DNA of 64,000 nucleotides from Marsupella aquatica (Eukaryota; Plantae; Marchantiophyta). This document shows, piece by piece, positions 48,001 to 60,771 of the stretch. The stretch lies in NCBI GenBank assembly GCA_973895155.1, contig OZ316896.1, positions 1,426,001 to 1,490,000 on the forward strand. Direction: 5' to 3'. The notes under the pieces were generated by a model. The model saw nothing but the letters and a program-made list of their open reading frames with translations. It was not told the DNA's origin and made no database searches. Both the position numbers and the translations under genes were made by a program. How positions within the stretch are numbered: the first letter of the stretch is position 1; the number at the start of each line of letters is the position of its first letter.

Positions 48001-50569
48001 TCATGGCGAAAAAAAATTTGAAAAAAAAAAGTTTTCCTTCAAATTTTGAAGAAAAATTCAAGAATTTTTTTTTCTTCATTTTTTTTCTTTTTCGCATCGC
48101 AACTTGACGGCCTCTCTGAGATTAGGTGGCAGTTGATATCAAGTACACTGATGAAAGTGACTGATAATTGATGAGATTACTTATCTCTTTAAAGCTCGTA
48201 ACTACCATTAAAAGTAACTATTTCCTGAAATTGTGGAGCAAACTAGCATCAAAAAAGAAAAAAATCAATAGAATGTGGAAAAGGGGGGAAGGTTTGGACC
48301 CTTCCCCCTTATATATGACCAATGGTGGTTAAAAACGTTTTTGGAAATGGGAGGGTGTCAACACTTTAGGGTGTAGGGCTACTACTAGAAATTGTCAAGT
48401 TTAGGTTGAGTCTGATGTTTGAGACTGGTTCTAAACTCCACCATAGGGAGGGGACTAACCAGGCTTGTTGTGTGGAAATGCACTTGGTCAGATGCAGACC
48501 AGTAGCACCCACAACACCACTGATATGGATCATTTTGCACATTCAACATTATTTGTGGCCTAATATGACCATTTACCCCATGTCTAAGATTAGCTATTCT
48601 ACTCGTAAAATGTATGCTCACAGCTGGCTGATCCTACTCCATTCTTGGCCCAAGTCTTTAAGTGGATGACCTTGTGGTCTGTTTGGATAGCTTCCGGTGC
48701 TGCAGCCTTGGTCAATGTGTGCTCTGGCCCTTGGGTTTGTTTTGCTTGGTGGCCCTCCAGCCTTCGCCACAGTGGCCTCTCATATAATCATGAAATGAAC
48801 AAACCAAAAAAAAAAAACATAACCAACTGGATCAACCAAACAAATTGAAATTAAATCCCTAAAACAAGATGGAGTTAACTGTTCAACAGTATAATTCCCT
48901 AATTGAGAAGAACTAAACCTACGTCCTTTTAGGGGATTTCTTTAAGGAAATTGGAGCTTTTATTGGGAACAGGACACAAAGTATGTAGAACCCGCAAGGA
49001 CCATGGAGGTAACTCAACCAGGGTAATCTTCAAGGATTTTTAATGGGCCTATTGTGTGGGAGGAGATGCTAGGAATATTCCTTGTCAATTTACTATATTT
49101 GTTCTCTGATCATTAGATCTCCTAGACTCTAGATTTAAGGAGAACTAGTATGTGGGTCCAACTCAATTCTTCCACGTAAATTATATAGCCAAAGTACATT
49201 CAGAGGAGTGTTGTAAATTTGTATTAAATTTATGTGCATTAAATTAAATTTATAAGAATGACATCAAAAGCTCATCTACAATAACAAGAGTGTGCTGTAA
49301 GAAAATTGATGGCTTGGATTGAGCCATTAGCTATAACTATCTCGAATACGATCTTGGGCAACTTAGTTTGAAGATTCAATTTGTTAATATATACTAGTAA
49401 AAGAAAATTCTCATCATTATCCTAATATCATAGCAAGTGGAAACAAATACAAAAACCATAAGTGTAGTATCATCACAAGTGTTGTGGAGAGAGAGGTTAT
49501 ATATATAGACCAACTTTCATGGGAGTATGAACACTCATTTCCTTGCATGATGTAGATTTTATAATAAATTGTACTTTATGATGTTATTTGTCTTATTATT
49601 AAATGTAACTTTCTATATTATGTGGATTAATAACTCTAATAAACTGAACAAAAATAGGTTGAATAGAAGATTAGTGATGTTGTATTCAATGGGGGCTTGT
49701 GCAGATTGATTGGAGGTTTGACTCATAATTATTTTGGTGTGCCTAGGGAGGATTATAGTGAGGATTACACCATGCTTCACACTAGGTGTGAGGAGAGTTT
49801 ACATGAAACATTCAAGCTTGGAGGTAAACACCAAGTGGTAGAGTATTTTTGTAGGGCTCTTATCGTGTGACCAGGTAGGTTTGTATGATTGCATGTTTGT
49901 TTGATGACTACAATTTGTATGGATTTTATTAGTTGTGAAAAGGCCCAATGACCTTGAATTCAATTCTTGAGCCCATTGACCCTTTCTTGAGATGAACATT
50001 TTCTTCTTGGTTGCTAGAGAAGCTTGGGAGAGTTTACAAATTATTTGACAATCAATAGCAAACTCAACTTTATTACAACACTTGAAATACAGGTTTGATT
50101 TCTTTCTCTTCTCTCTATATGGTTAATAGTTGTGATTGCTAATATTTTTGTGTGATAAACCAACATCAAACATTTATGCAGTTCCAAGATTTCACCTCTA
50201 GTATATTGATTTGTGATGATTATTTGTGAATAAAAGAAATTAGAAATTTCTAATTTTCAACATTTTGATATTCAGATCTAAACTTAGTGTACTGTTTGAC
50301 CAGAAAATTGGAGCTTCATATTTGACTTGTCAATGTTTTCTCAAATCTTAACAAATAAAGAAAATGTAAACGCTAATACTCTATCTAAGGAGCTTTGCTA
50401 CAAAGAAAAGCATAAGAAAACTTAAGCTTGAGAGTTATTTCATTTTGTTCCTTTTCCAATAGAAATAGCAGAAGCAAGATCTACATTTGATACTACTTTT
50501 AACATAACAAGCCATTACCTTAAAAATCAAGAAGATTCCAAGTTAAGCCATCATGATGCACACATTTGC

Positions 50570-51025
50570 AAGTGTACTTTTTGACCCCAATGGTAATTCT
50601 AAAATTAATAAGGTTACAAGTTAAGGCATTCTGGTGCACACATCCGCAAGGGTCGGTGTACAGTTTGACCCCAATTGTAACTTTGAAACTGATAAGGTTA
50701 CAAATTAAGGCATTCTGGTGCACACATCCGCAAGGGTTGGTGTATTGTTTGACCCCAATTGTAATTCTAAAATTGACAAGGTTACAAGTTAAGGCATTCT
50801 GGTGCACACATCCGCAAGGGTCGATGTACTGTTTGACCCCAATTGTAACTTTGAAATTGATAATGTTACAAGTTAAGGCATTCTGGTGCACACATCCGCA
50901 CGGGTCGGTGTACTGTTTGACCCCAATTGTAACTTTAAAATTGATAAGGTTGCAAATTGAAATTCTTTAGTAAACACATCCTTGAGGGTTGGTGTAATGT
51001 TTGACCCTAATTGTAACTTTAGAAT
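50570..51025. repeat. 84-bp minisatellite, ~5.5 copies
   Basis: TTGACCC(C/T)AA recurs at 50581, 50665, 50749, 50833, 50917 and 51001. Unit: TGTACTGTTTGACCCCAATTGTAACTTTGAAATTGATAAGGTTACAAGTTAAGGCATTCTGGTGCACACATCCGCAAGGGTCGG. Confidence 0.95.
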
Positions 51026-51199
51026 CATTTGATAAGGTACAGGAAACTTTTGAAAATTCCCAACAGTAAATTAACATCATCTGAACATATTATTTCATCA
51101 CCATTTTTTCATAATTAAAAACGCAAAGACATGACCTAAATTATGAACGTGGCTTTGACTTACTCAACTTAGGTAAAGTTGGCTTAGGGTTAGGTTGGC

Positions 51200-51900
51200 A
51201 TAACATAAAGTGGAGGTATCCCCTTACTAGCTCTTCTTCTCTCAAGAAAATTTCAACTCATTGGGTTAAGTAAGGTGAAGTCTGTTTGAATCTTAAATCT
51301 TTTAACTCATTATTGGGAAATTTGTTTGAGCTCAAATGTCTAGAGTCCACATATTTCCCCTAGTTTTCTCTCGGTCTTTGAACATTTTCAGCCCATTTGA
51401 TTGAGTAACAAAATGATAAATCCCACTGATTGGATTGTTTTGGCCCTAACTTAAGCTTAGTCGGCGGAAAGCTTAGGGTAACATTGGGCTAATTTCAAGT
51501 ATAGGTACAGTTTTATTTTGAATTCACAAATTTGACCTCAGTTTGAGCTCAAACTTTAAGTACATATTCTCCTAGTTTCCTTTTATCTCTCAACAATTTT
51601 TTAGCATATCTGGTTAAGTAAGGAGAAAATGCAGAATCACAAAGCTTCAGATAGATTTTGGTTTCTTGACTTTGATTTGGTCGGTTTAGTCAGAGTAGGC
51701 ATAAAGTAACTAAGATGGGTTTAAGACAAAATTGGAATATCAATTCATTTTCAACTCACAACTTGGAGAGCTCAAACTTTAACTTCCCTTATAGATTTCC
51801 CTAGCTTTCCTCTATCTTGTAGAGAATTTTCAGCCCATTTGGTAGAGTACAACAAAAATAATTGAAAATTTTTAGAGATCCAAGTTGATTTTGGCTTCAA
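51200..51900. repeat. Degenerate ~220-bp tandem array (3-4 copies), probably transposon-derived
   Basis: GAGCTCAAA...CCTAG.TT...ATTTT.AGC..AT.TG block at ~51328, ~51545 and ~51768. GGTTAAGTAAGG also recurs. Confidence 0.6.
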
Positions 51901-53056
51901 CTTAGTTGCCCCATAATACTGACAAATATTTAATTACTTTTTGCCAATTTCTGAGTGACACGCAACTAGCACATACTTGACATGTGTTACAACTCTCACA
52001 CGTATAACCATTCTTGCATGTGTTTCCGTTCTCACCTGGATGACAATTCTAACACGAGTGAGTTTATTGTGCATCAATTCACGTTTCACAATTCTCATCA
52101 TTGATCAATAAACATCAATGGTTAAGACTGACTTGTTGTCTTATTTTATTGCCCAAAGTACAATGCAAGTTTCTATTTAAATTTGGTATCAAAGAATGTG
52201 TATCATTCCTGCACATGAACCAGACATTTTCTTCACGCTTGTCACACGAGTGTCTTCAACCATCACACGAGTGTTAAGGCACGTTGCACAATCTCCACCA
52301 TTGATAAGTAAAATCCAACGGATATGAATTAATTGTTGACGTAAAATTTTCTCTGAATTTTAAAATTTGCAAGAGTCTCTAACTGGACCCGTAACCATCA
52401 AACTGTGGCCAATGGACCCTGTGGTGTGGTGAGAAACTGGCCAATGGACCCAGAAAAGTGGTGAATGATTCAGGAGGTGGAGTTTGACTAGTTACGCCGT
52501 TTAAAAATACACTGAACTCAACTACAGCGATTATGCCTTGCATGAATCATTTAAAAGTATTGTTTCGTTCTAGTAGCCATAGGGAGCTCATGACTTTAAA
52601 GGTGCATCTGGTTAACCGGGCATGAAGATAACTTCTTCCCGGTTAGGGGATCCCCCTTGATTCCACTCTTTCAGTGCAAGACACTTATATCTTATAAGGT
52701 GCTAGAAGTGTTAGTTGCTGTATAAAGACAACCATCGCTCTGCCATATCATCCAAATCTTTTGACATCCAGGTACAACACAGTGAGACCAGATTTTGAAA
52801 CAATCAACTGCAGAGATTTTTACTTAACGAATCTAACTCGGCATGCGGGTCGGCATGTAAAGAGACATGGACAGATTCTCAGCATTAAAATTGGCTCAAC
52901 AAATCCCAGATCATGGCAAGAGAAACTGAGTTGTACTTCAGAAGTCTACATACTTACATATAAGAAACTAGCTCGGGCTCTTTGCAGGACAAGCTGTAAA
53001 GTGTCTGTCCTGCAAAGAGTCCATACTATACAGTTGGGGTGACAAAGGAAACCACA

Positions 53057-56000
53057 TTAATCTCCATGATTGGATGGAACACAATGCTCGCTACCTGACC
53101 TACTTTTCTTCATATTCACAATCTCCTGGAAGACAAATGACAAATAGGCCGTGGCAGCGTCCCTCGAATTGGCCTCCCCAACTCCTGCCGCCTGTCAGAG
53201 AATTGAATACAGGTTACCAGAAGCCACAAGCAATCATCTTTCAATTTCTTTTAGGCCTTCTTGACCAAGTGATTCAATGCAGAGAACAATATAATTCCTT
53301 TTTGATGTCATCGATGTGGTATGAACCGAACAATAAGAAAGCATCTAGTTTGCATTGGCATGTGGAAATACGACTTTGTAAGCTACCTTGGGTGTGATTC
53401 CCAGTATAGAAGCTGCTTCTGTGATGTACAAATTCAAGTCCTCCACTTCAGCACTTTTACACTGCTCAGACAAATCAGCCATAGTTTCTGAGAAACGACA
53501 TCTAATATAGTTGATTGACGGATTGACCATGAAGTGCAGAACCATATAGATGGAGACGGGTTTATCTCAAGGCTCATGCCGTTCTTTATGAGCCCCAAAA
53601 GATCAATGCAGAATGCTCCTTATGGCGATCAGACTGCCCAAGATTTTAGTGATTTGGATGGAGAGCTGGAGAAATATACCTTATTAGTTAGTTGACCAAG
53701 ACGATCAGCTGGAGAAGCGAAGCACTCATCAAGATCAAAGAGCTCTAGAGCAGGTGGTGGCGGTTCTCTATAGATAGGTGGAAACACAGCTGGTTGGCAT
53801 CGCGGGTATGGAACTTCAAACTGCGCATTAATAAATCACCAAGAACGTTATTGAGGTGTGGAAATTGGTCAAAATGAAAGAAAAAACCGATTCACACAGA
53901 AGAATCACTTATCAAGATGTCAGAAAACAGATAGAATCACCTCTGGACGAATTAAAGTCAGCGGTTCATGCTTCAGACCAAGCTTTTTGTACAGCTGGGC
54001 CACTTCGGGAATCAAGTTTGTGTCATACTTGAAAAGCTTGTCATCGATGAGTTTCGTGAAATCCTTTGGCAAGTCCTCTGCCTCCTGCAAAATTTGAATA
54101 CAAACACTTCTTTCAACTTACGAGGTCAACATTTGATGAGAACCCATATTCAACACCCTTAGTGCTCATTGGTTCATTCCTGATGCACACAGAAAGCAAG
54201 CAGTGATCTCTAACCAAAAACGGCTGCAGGCAAGCACTAGTTTGGCAGATTAAAACGTTGCTGACATTCACGTCCTCGGTGAATGTCGGTCTTTACTCCG
54301 GTGGGTAACAAGTGTGCGTTTGACATCAATAAGCGAAGGTCAAGAAATCCACGGAAAAAACTCAGAGCAATAAGAGTCAAGTAATGCCTTGCTTCTGAGG
54401 CTAATGTAATATTGGATGGCCATCTTACCTGCAGGCAGCAACGCAAGCGACCAGCCAATGCTTCGGTACTTGGCACATGCTGCAAGTCATTTGTTTCTAA
54501 CTCCTCTGCACTCAGCTTATCCACCTGAAACCATTCATGCAATTCCCAAACAACTTTTAACAATTGGAAAATTTCTTTGGGGAAAGTACCACTTAAACAT
54601 TTTGGTGTCCACTGACATATTTGATCCCGTTCCTCGAATGAATCAGACTACATGAGGTTTCAGCAAGATTGACAGAGGGCCGTACACCACACTCATATCG
54701 ATTTAGAAGAGCATAATCCAGAATCATGCCAGAGATAGGTTCCTAAGACCAACTGACTTTCAGTGTTCTCGGATTTTCCATTTCAAAGATTTCACAACAT
54801 CACAGATAAATTGAAGGTATGATTATGTCTAGTAATGCTGAACTACTTCTTGGTGTCGCAAGCCAGGATAACAGGGCGACCTCTAGAGAAGTTTGATATG
54901 TAAGCCACAAGAGCAGAAAATCGAGAAGTTTTGAGTTGTCTTCCTTGTCAAGCCAAGCGTCCTCAAAAATGGTCACACTTCCAAGCACTACAACCCTCCC
55001 CTGCCCTTTAGAGCCTTGCCAAACAGCTCCTGCAATACCGAGCAAAATAAAAGGCAAGGGGTTATTCTAAAAATGCATTTAATTTCAAATTTCTCTTTCA
55101 CCGGTCTTCCTTCACTCCCGTAACTCAAGAAGTCCTGAGCCTGGCCTACAGCAAGTTCTCAGTTGTCTACTCTGAGGTATTAGGGTAGGGGATGTCAAAG
55201 TGAGTACTGCGAACATGCAACTAGTAACGCACTGTAACAAATATTGGGCTAATAACTTAATTCAAAACATTTATTACCTAAAGGCCTATTGACAGGGTAA
55301 GCAAGCATTCCAGAAGAAAGGATTGCGGCAGCTGGTTGTTGACGTGAAAGTGTGGCTCCGTAGGGGTAAACAATCTGCAGTCCCCTGCCTCCAACTTTTC
55401 CTGACGCCTCGTCTTTGAAATGAATGTCTGGTTGTCTGGTCCTAGCCTCCATTTTGAAATGAATGTCTGGCAGTATGGTCCTAATAATTCACAAAAACAA
55501 TCTAAAGCACTACAGTTAGACAATAAGTCATATGCTTAAGCTCTCCGAGGGAAATTAGTAACGATCTTAAAATTCTTTCGTGAAATTTCTGAAATAAGGC
55601 ACCAATTGTTGGCCATGGCTAAATTGTCCAGCTGCACGGACAGCGCGTGAACTTTCCGGCCGGTGCATTGGGCATTAATTTAGCGCACAGGGACTTCAGT
55701 TTCATTTTTTAAACTTACAAATCATTACCAGATAGAACGGGAATGACAAACGAGAAGAAATATTCCGGACAACATCCGCATATAAGCGTGACCACTCTAC
55801 ATGAGAACCAAAGGGCAGTCAACACATAGATAGTCAAGGCCTAAATGCAATCGATGCTTCCTTGCGGACCTCCCCAAAACCCAAAATCTTGACACTCCCC
55901 AAATTCACATTATAGCTTCTAACCATGAACCATTTCAGAGTGACACTTTCTTGAATTCTAGACACGATATGACCATCCAAGAACTTCACACAATTAAACT

Positions 56001-58283
56001 GTGTGCAGTGTCTGATTAATCTCATGTCCTCCGTAAATCACTGTCATTTTGGCGTGATATATGATGAACATGACTTTTTCATTCAATTTTAGAAGTACTC
56101 CACAACTCATAGCCTGTTCCCGTACAATTTCAATTTACGAACCTACGTCTGAGAGATAAGCTTGTTTTGCTCCCTGTCTTACGCAACAGTGAAGGATGGT
56201 TGGTGGACTCGTGCAAACAGATGAATCAGAGAGACAACCTTTTCGTATCCGATGTAGTGGGAGGCGCTTCTTCAGCTCTCTTCGAGCCCTTTCTTGCAAA
56301 CTGCCAGGTCAATCATACAATGAGATTCATTATCCTTTCATAGGCATTGCTCTTGAGACCCAACAGACCTTCTGAGCAGAACAGCAAGACTCTAGAACAT
56401 TCTGCTTCACTCACTTGATTGAGTTCCTTGCTCAACGAACCGTCTGTAACCAGTACTTCCTTCGGATGTAGATACTTCTCTTGTACTGTCCTCACCTGAT
56501 GCAAATGCACTTAAGTTATTTTCGAGCTACGAACTAATGGAAATCGAACACAATTCTGGACTAATCTTCCAAAATTAGAGAAGAAAACAAAACCCACCTG
56601 GCCATCTTGACAAGAAAGCCAGACCTCGAGAACTCCACTTGCAATTTATAAATCCACAAGTATGGAGGTGGGATTATGCTCACTACGGTAGTGCTCAATC
56701 TTGACTGTCATTAGTAAGAAATGGCTGTGGAGTTCCAGGATTGATGTGGCAAAAACATCCATGACCCTTAAGCTAGTGACACACATTCGCTGCATTAAAT
56801 CAGCTGAGAAACCAAGTCGATTTCACATTCATTTTGCTCTCCCCTGGACGACTCAAAATTTAGTGATTCAGTCAGTTGAGAAAAATCGACGACCCTCATC
56901 TTTGAGAAAGCGGGTTGTCCCGTAGGATATATTAAATGCTTCAGATTTACAACTAGAAAATTTGACGAGTCAAGACTAATCTGACTATGTATGTAGAATT
57001 CGTCCAAATCCACCAATAACAACAAGAACTAGAGGGCATGCAATCATACAAGGCAGTCTGAATTGATGGTGATCCCGTACTGCTGAATGATATCATTGAG
57101 ATTAGATCCCTGGTTGTCATTACCCCCTTCTGTGCTAAGGCATAGCAAGCAACCACCTCTCCTTACGTAAGCATGTAAGGTGTCTACCTGATAAGAAGAC
57201 GAGACAATCATATTTTCTCAGAAAGATCCACTGCAACCTAGCTGCATCTTAACCATGTGAACATTCGATGGTGTGACCTAAACATCCTTACGGCCCTAAC
57301 GAGCGGTCCAATTGAAGTGGAACTAACCAAATATCTCTACATACTAAGAGTAGCCATAGAAGGCGTGGGCCGCGAACAGTTCATTGAGCTATCGCTACAA
57401 CCTATTCTGGCTATGATGAACTCGAACTCACTGACCAGCTATGCATCAAATCATGTCATCTTCCCATCCACAATGGAACGTTTATCAATAAGAGTTCACG
57501 ATGGGCCACTTGTAATCCCCTGTTCACCTACCTCATCTTTGGTGAATTTGCCATGCGGTGAACCAAAGACAACAGCCGCTGCTTCTTTCAAGACTTCGCT
57601 TGAAATTTCCACCTTATTCCTGCAAAAAGTTGTTCATTGTCACAAAATTTCAGACTTTGTTTCCACGTTATTGCCCAGCATAAGTGGACCTCTTGGTTTC
57701 CTTTTGCAGATGAATCAGAGTGGTCAAAGATGTACATATCGTCGATGGTACTTCATATAAAAAAAATTCTGCTTGAGCCATAATGTCATCAAATTGAAAT
57801 ACGTGCAACCCCCAATGCACTTTGTTGGTGTGGCTAAAGTATGATCTCTAATGGCAGGTCAGGGCAAGACTATTCAGCCATTCTCCGCATTGTGAACAAA
57901 CTCTATGAAAGGGATTATCATACTTACGAAACTGTTCGAAAGGAGCACCTCAATCTTCTTACCAATTGCTTAAATCCTTGTCCTGGCGTGTGGGATTCTG
58001 GCAACCCCACGACTGCGTGTCAGGGGACAATTCGAACCAGACTGCTGTAACTTCGTTACTAAATTTCAGTGCAGAGAAAATAACGGCTGCTCCCGAGCCG
58101 ATAGTGGAGGAAAGTCGCAGACTATCATGTACCCGCAATGAAGGGTTTGGAACGGAGGACGATCAAATGCTTGCATGCCAGAAGAAATAATATACCTTGT
58201 TTGCAACAATTGAATATCACCAGCGGTTGTGCGGGTGTGGAGGAGCCGCATTGATCACTGCTCTGTACCAACAGAGCCTCCAT
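53057..58283 (-). CDS. IFT52: Intraflagellar transport protein 52 (IFT-B core). Exons 58283-58196, 57997-57928, 57619-57532, 57187-57050, 56495-56415, 56300-56239, (56173-56147?), 55441-55278, 55029-54881, 54524-54429, 54084-53941, 53820-53680, 53461-53387, 53191-53057
   Basis: GT-AG exons join in frame to give LVIFNCCKQESHTPGQGFKQLVRRLR, VVFGSPHGKFTKDE, YGITINSDCLVRTVQEKYLHPKEVLVTDG, IVYPYGATL..PAAAILSSG..AYPVNRPLGA, GRVVVLGS..IFEDAWLDKEDN, LRCCLQE, LKHEPLTLI.PEFEVPYP..QPAVFPP..REPPPPALELFDLDE.FAS and RLGQLTNKC. These match IFT52/OSM-6/BLD1 motifs. Confidence 0.93.
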
Positions 58284-60771
58284 TTCTTTGGAATTTTGGA
58301 CGCCTTGAAACCCAATTTCCCGGAATAGATACTAGGGATCGCCACAGTGTGTCCAATTTTGCTCAAAAGCTGATTAAACACACCGCTCCTGAGGCCCTGA
58401 AAGAGACATCTCAACTGCGTGGTAGTCATGTATCCGTTTCGTCTGCCCTTCTGGATGTCCTATGCAATCATACTACATTGTGGGTCATCGCGGACCCTAA
58501 GATCGTTTCTTGGGTTTCAAAACTTTACTACTGAGCAGGGAAAAGTGCTTCGCACCAGCAACTTCTTGTGAAGATCAGATGAGGAAATGCAGTTTCTAAG
58601 AAAAAGACTGATGGCTTGAAAGGCGAAGATAGGACTGTAGCCCCTGTTACAGCAAATCATCGTTCTCTGTCACCTGCTGTAATCCCTGATGGGGCATCAT
58701 CAAATCCTGTCGACCGGAGGAGCACAATCACCTTTCTGGTGGTATCTAGATAGCCTTGCCCTGCGCCTCATTTCTGTTCTAGGATTTCGTCTGATCGTGC
58801 CCTGCCTCGTCCTCACTTGGCCTTTATGCCCTCTTTTCTTCCTGTCCTTCCCTCGCCCCTCTTAGTACTCCGAGGATTTATAAATGAATTCAGCTCCACA
58901 CAAATATTTGGAGAATGTTAATCAGCTTTTGAAAAGTTACACCCCAGGAAACGACTCCGCTTGTCCTCCTTAGAACATCCCTTTGGCTTGCCAGCACACA
59001 AGCTTTGCCTGCCGATCGTGCATGAATGAATATCAGCTTGTGATCTTGAAGGCATTCCAAAACTGCAAAAAGAAAGCCTCATTGAGCATTAGCTGTACAG
59101 CGATGTCTCGGGACTCCCTCAAGAGCTCAAAATTCAAATATACTTTCAGAGGACCAGCAAAATCCTGAAAATGTGTCGTGAGCTCGGAATTACGTCATCG
59201 AATATACGCCGATCTAATTCTTGTTCAATATGTACAGAGTGGAACAAAGGTTCTCACACCAATTGGTGGTGTTCCAGCAACGAGTACCTGAAGCTACCAA
59301 CACAATAGCAATTCAATTGGCAAAATGAAATCCGAACCAAGACTTGAGTTGTTTAAAGAGAGACCCTCAAAATTCGCCCCACATTCGATTCCAAGTAACT
59401 GCATCATGTCTTATTCGAATGAAATACAATGTTCGTCTTCAATTCGGTAATGAAAATATTCAGATGCATTACTGCACGCCCTCTCCTCAGGATGTACAGT
59501 CTCCAGCCTAACAAATTACCTCGGCAGAGAGGTCTCTTTGAGTTCCCAAGATGAAGCAGAAGAAATACTGCAACATCTCGACCGAATTGTGCCCAGAATT
59601 TCAATCTGCTATGAAACCCGCTGGGAAATTGAACTGAGGTACGGTACCGTTGCGTAGGATCCGGAATGGCAATAATTCTGGACGAGAACCACATAATTGA
59701 ACGTCTGCGATGGGGCTTTCAAAGAGAACCACGGGAAGGTACCGTCGGTTAGTACTCCATACTCATGTACTAACCGACCCTCGAGGCCTGATGTCAATTT
59801 ATTGTTTTCTGGCAAAGTTACCAATGACCCTTCTTTCTTGTCAATTACAGGTGACACAATCATGCATTCGAAGCAGTGGGTTCACTATATTGATACACTT
59901 CTAACCACATGTATTCCAAGAGCGGGATTTCACCAAATTTGTCACAATTTTGATCACATGTATTCAAAGAACGGGGTTTTCCTAGATTGACGCTTGCTTT
60001 TTTTTGTCAAATATCACTATTTGCCACCCCTTTTAGAATGACAGCTTTTTACTAACCTGTCCCCCTAATTGTTCCAATTTACTATCCTTTCCCCAAACAA
60101 ATGTATTTGTCAGGTTTGCCCGACGCCATGTGGCGAGGCCTAATTTGCTCGCCCTTGACCTTCCAACCCCCACCCCATCACGGGCCCTAGTCGCAGCCCA
60201 GGAGCACCCAAAATGGTCACAATATGCGTTAGGGTCCCCTCACGAAGTCCCGACCTTTTTTCCACTTTCTTCAACTCACAAAAATGCAGCCAGCAAGTAG
60301 CCGTTTTTTCGAAAGAAAACGTTGCAAATGTTTACACATACGCATCCCCTGTTCGGCTGCCATCGTTGCTGATTTGAGATGTGATTCGGCTCTCGACTGA
60401 CTGCTGGCTGTGGGGACAATGTGTACACATAAGAATGCAGGAGAGTCTGGATTGATAACGATGTCATTTGTTTTGTCACAAGAAGCTAGACCGGTAGATT
60501 CTAAATCTACGGGCGACATCTACATAGTTGGGTCTTTGCTAATTTCTCAAAATAACATAGTGAACGGATCTTTACCAGATGTTAAATGAAATTCCTTTGT
60601 ACAGTTACCATGGGAGGAGCTGTTTAGCTCAAATTCCACTACTATAGGATTATCCCTTCAGGGCTTGCTTTGACTCCAAAATTCTTTTTTGTGTACAACG
60701 TGGCAGACCTGAATCAACGGGCCAGCCACAAAACATTGTACTAAGGGAATCACACTGTCTGCTCTACACGG

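Noticed and set aside
46815-51025. CRISPR array interpretation of the spaced repeats (46.8, 47.7 and 50.6 kb)
   Set aside because: Repeats are too degenerate or contiguous, spacers are not unique and of uniform length, there are no cas-like ORFs, and the context is eukaryotic.
57257-57760. 167-aa plus-strand ORF
   Set aside because: Antisense to IFT52 exon 3 and its introns, non-ATG start, no recognisable domain.
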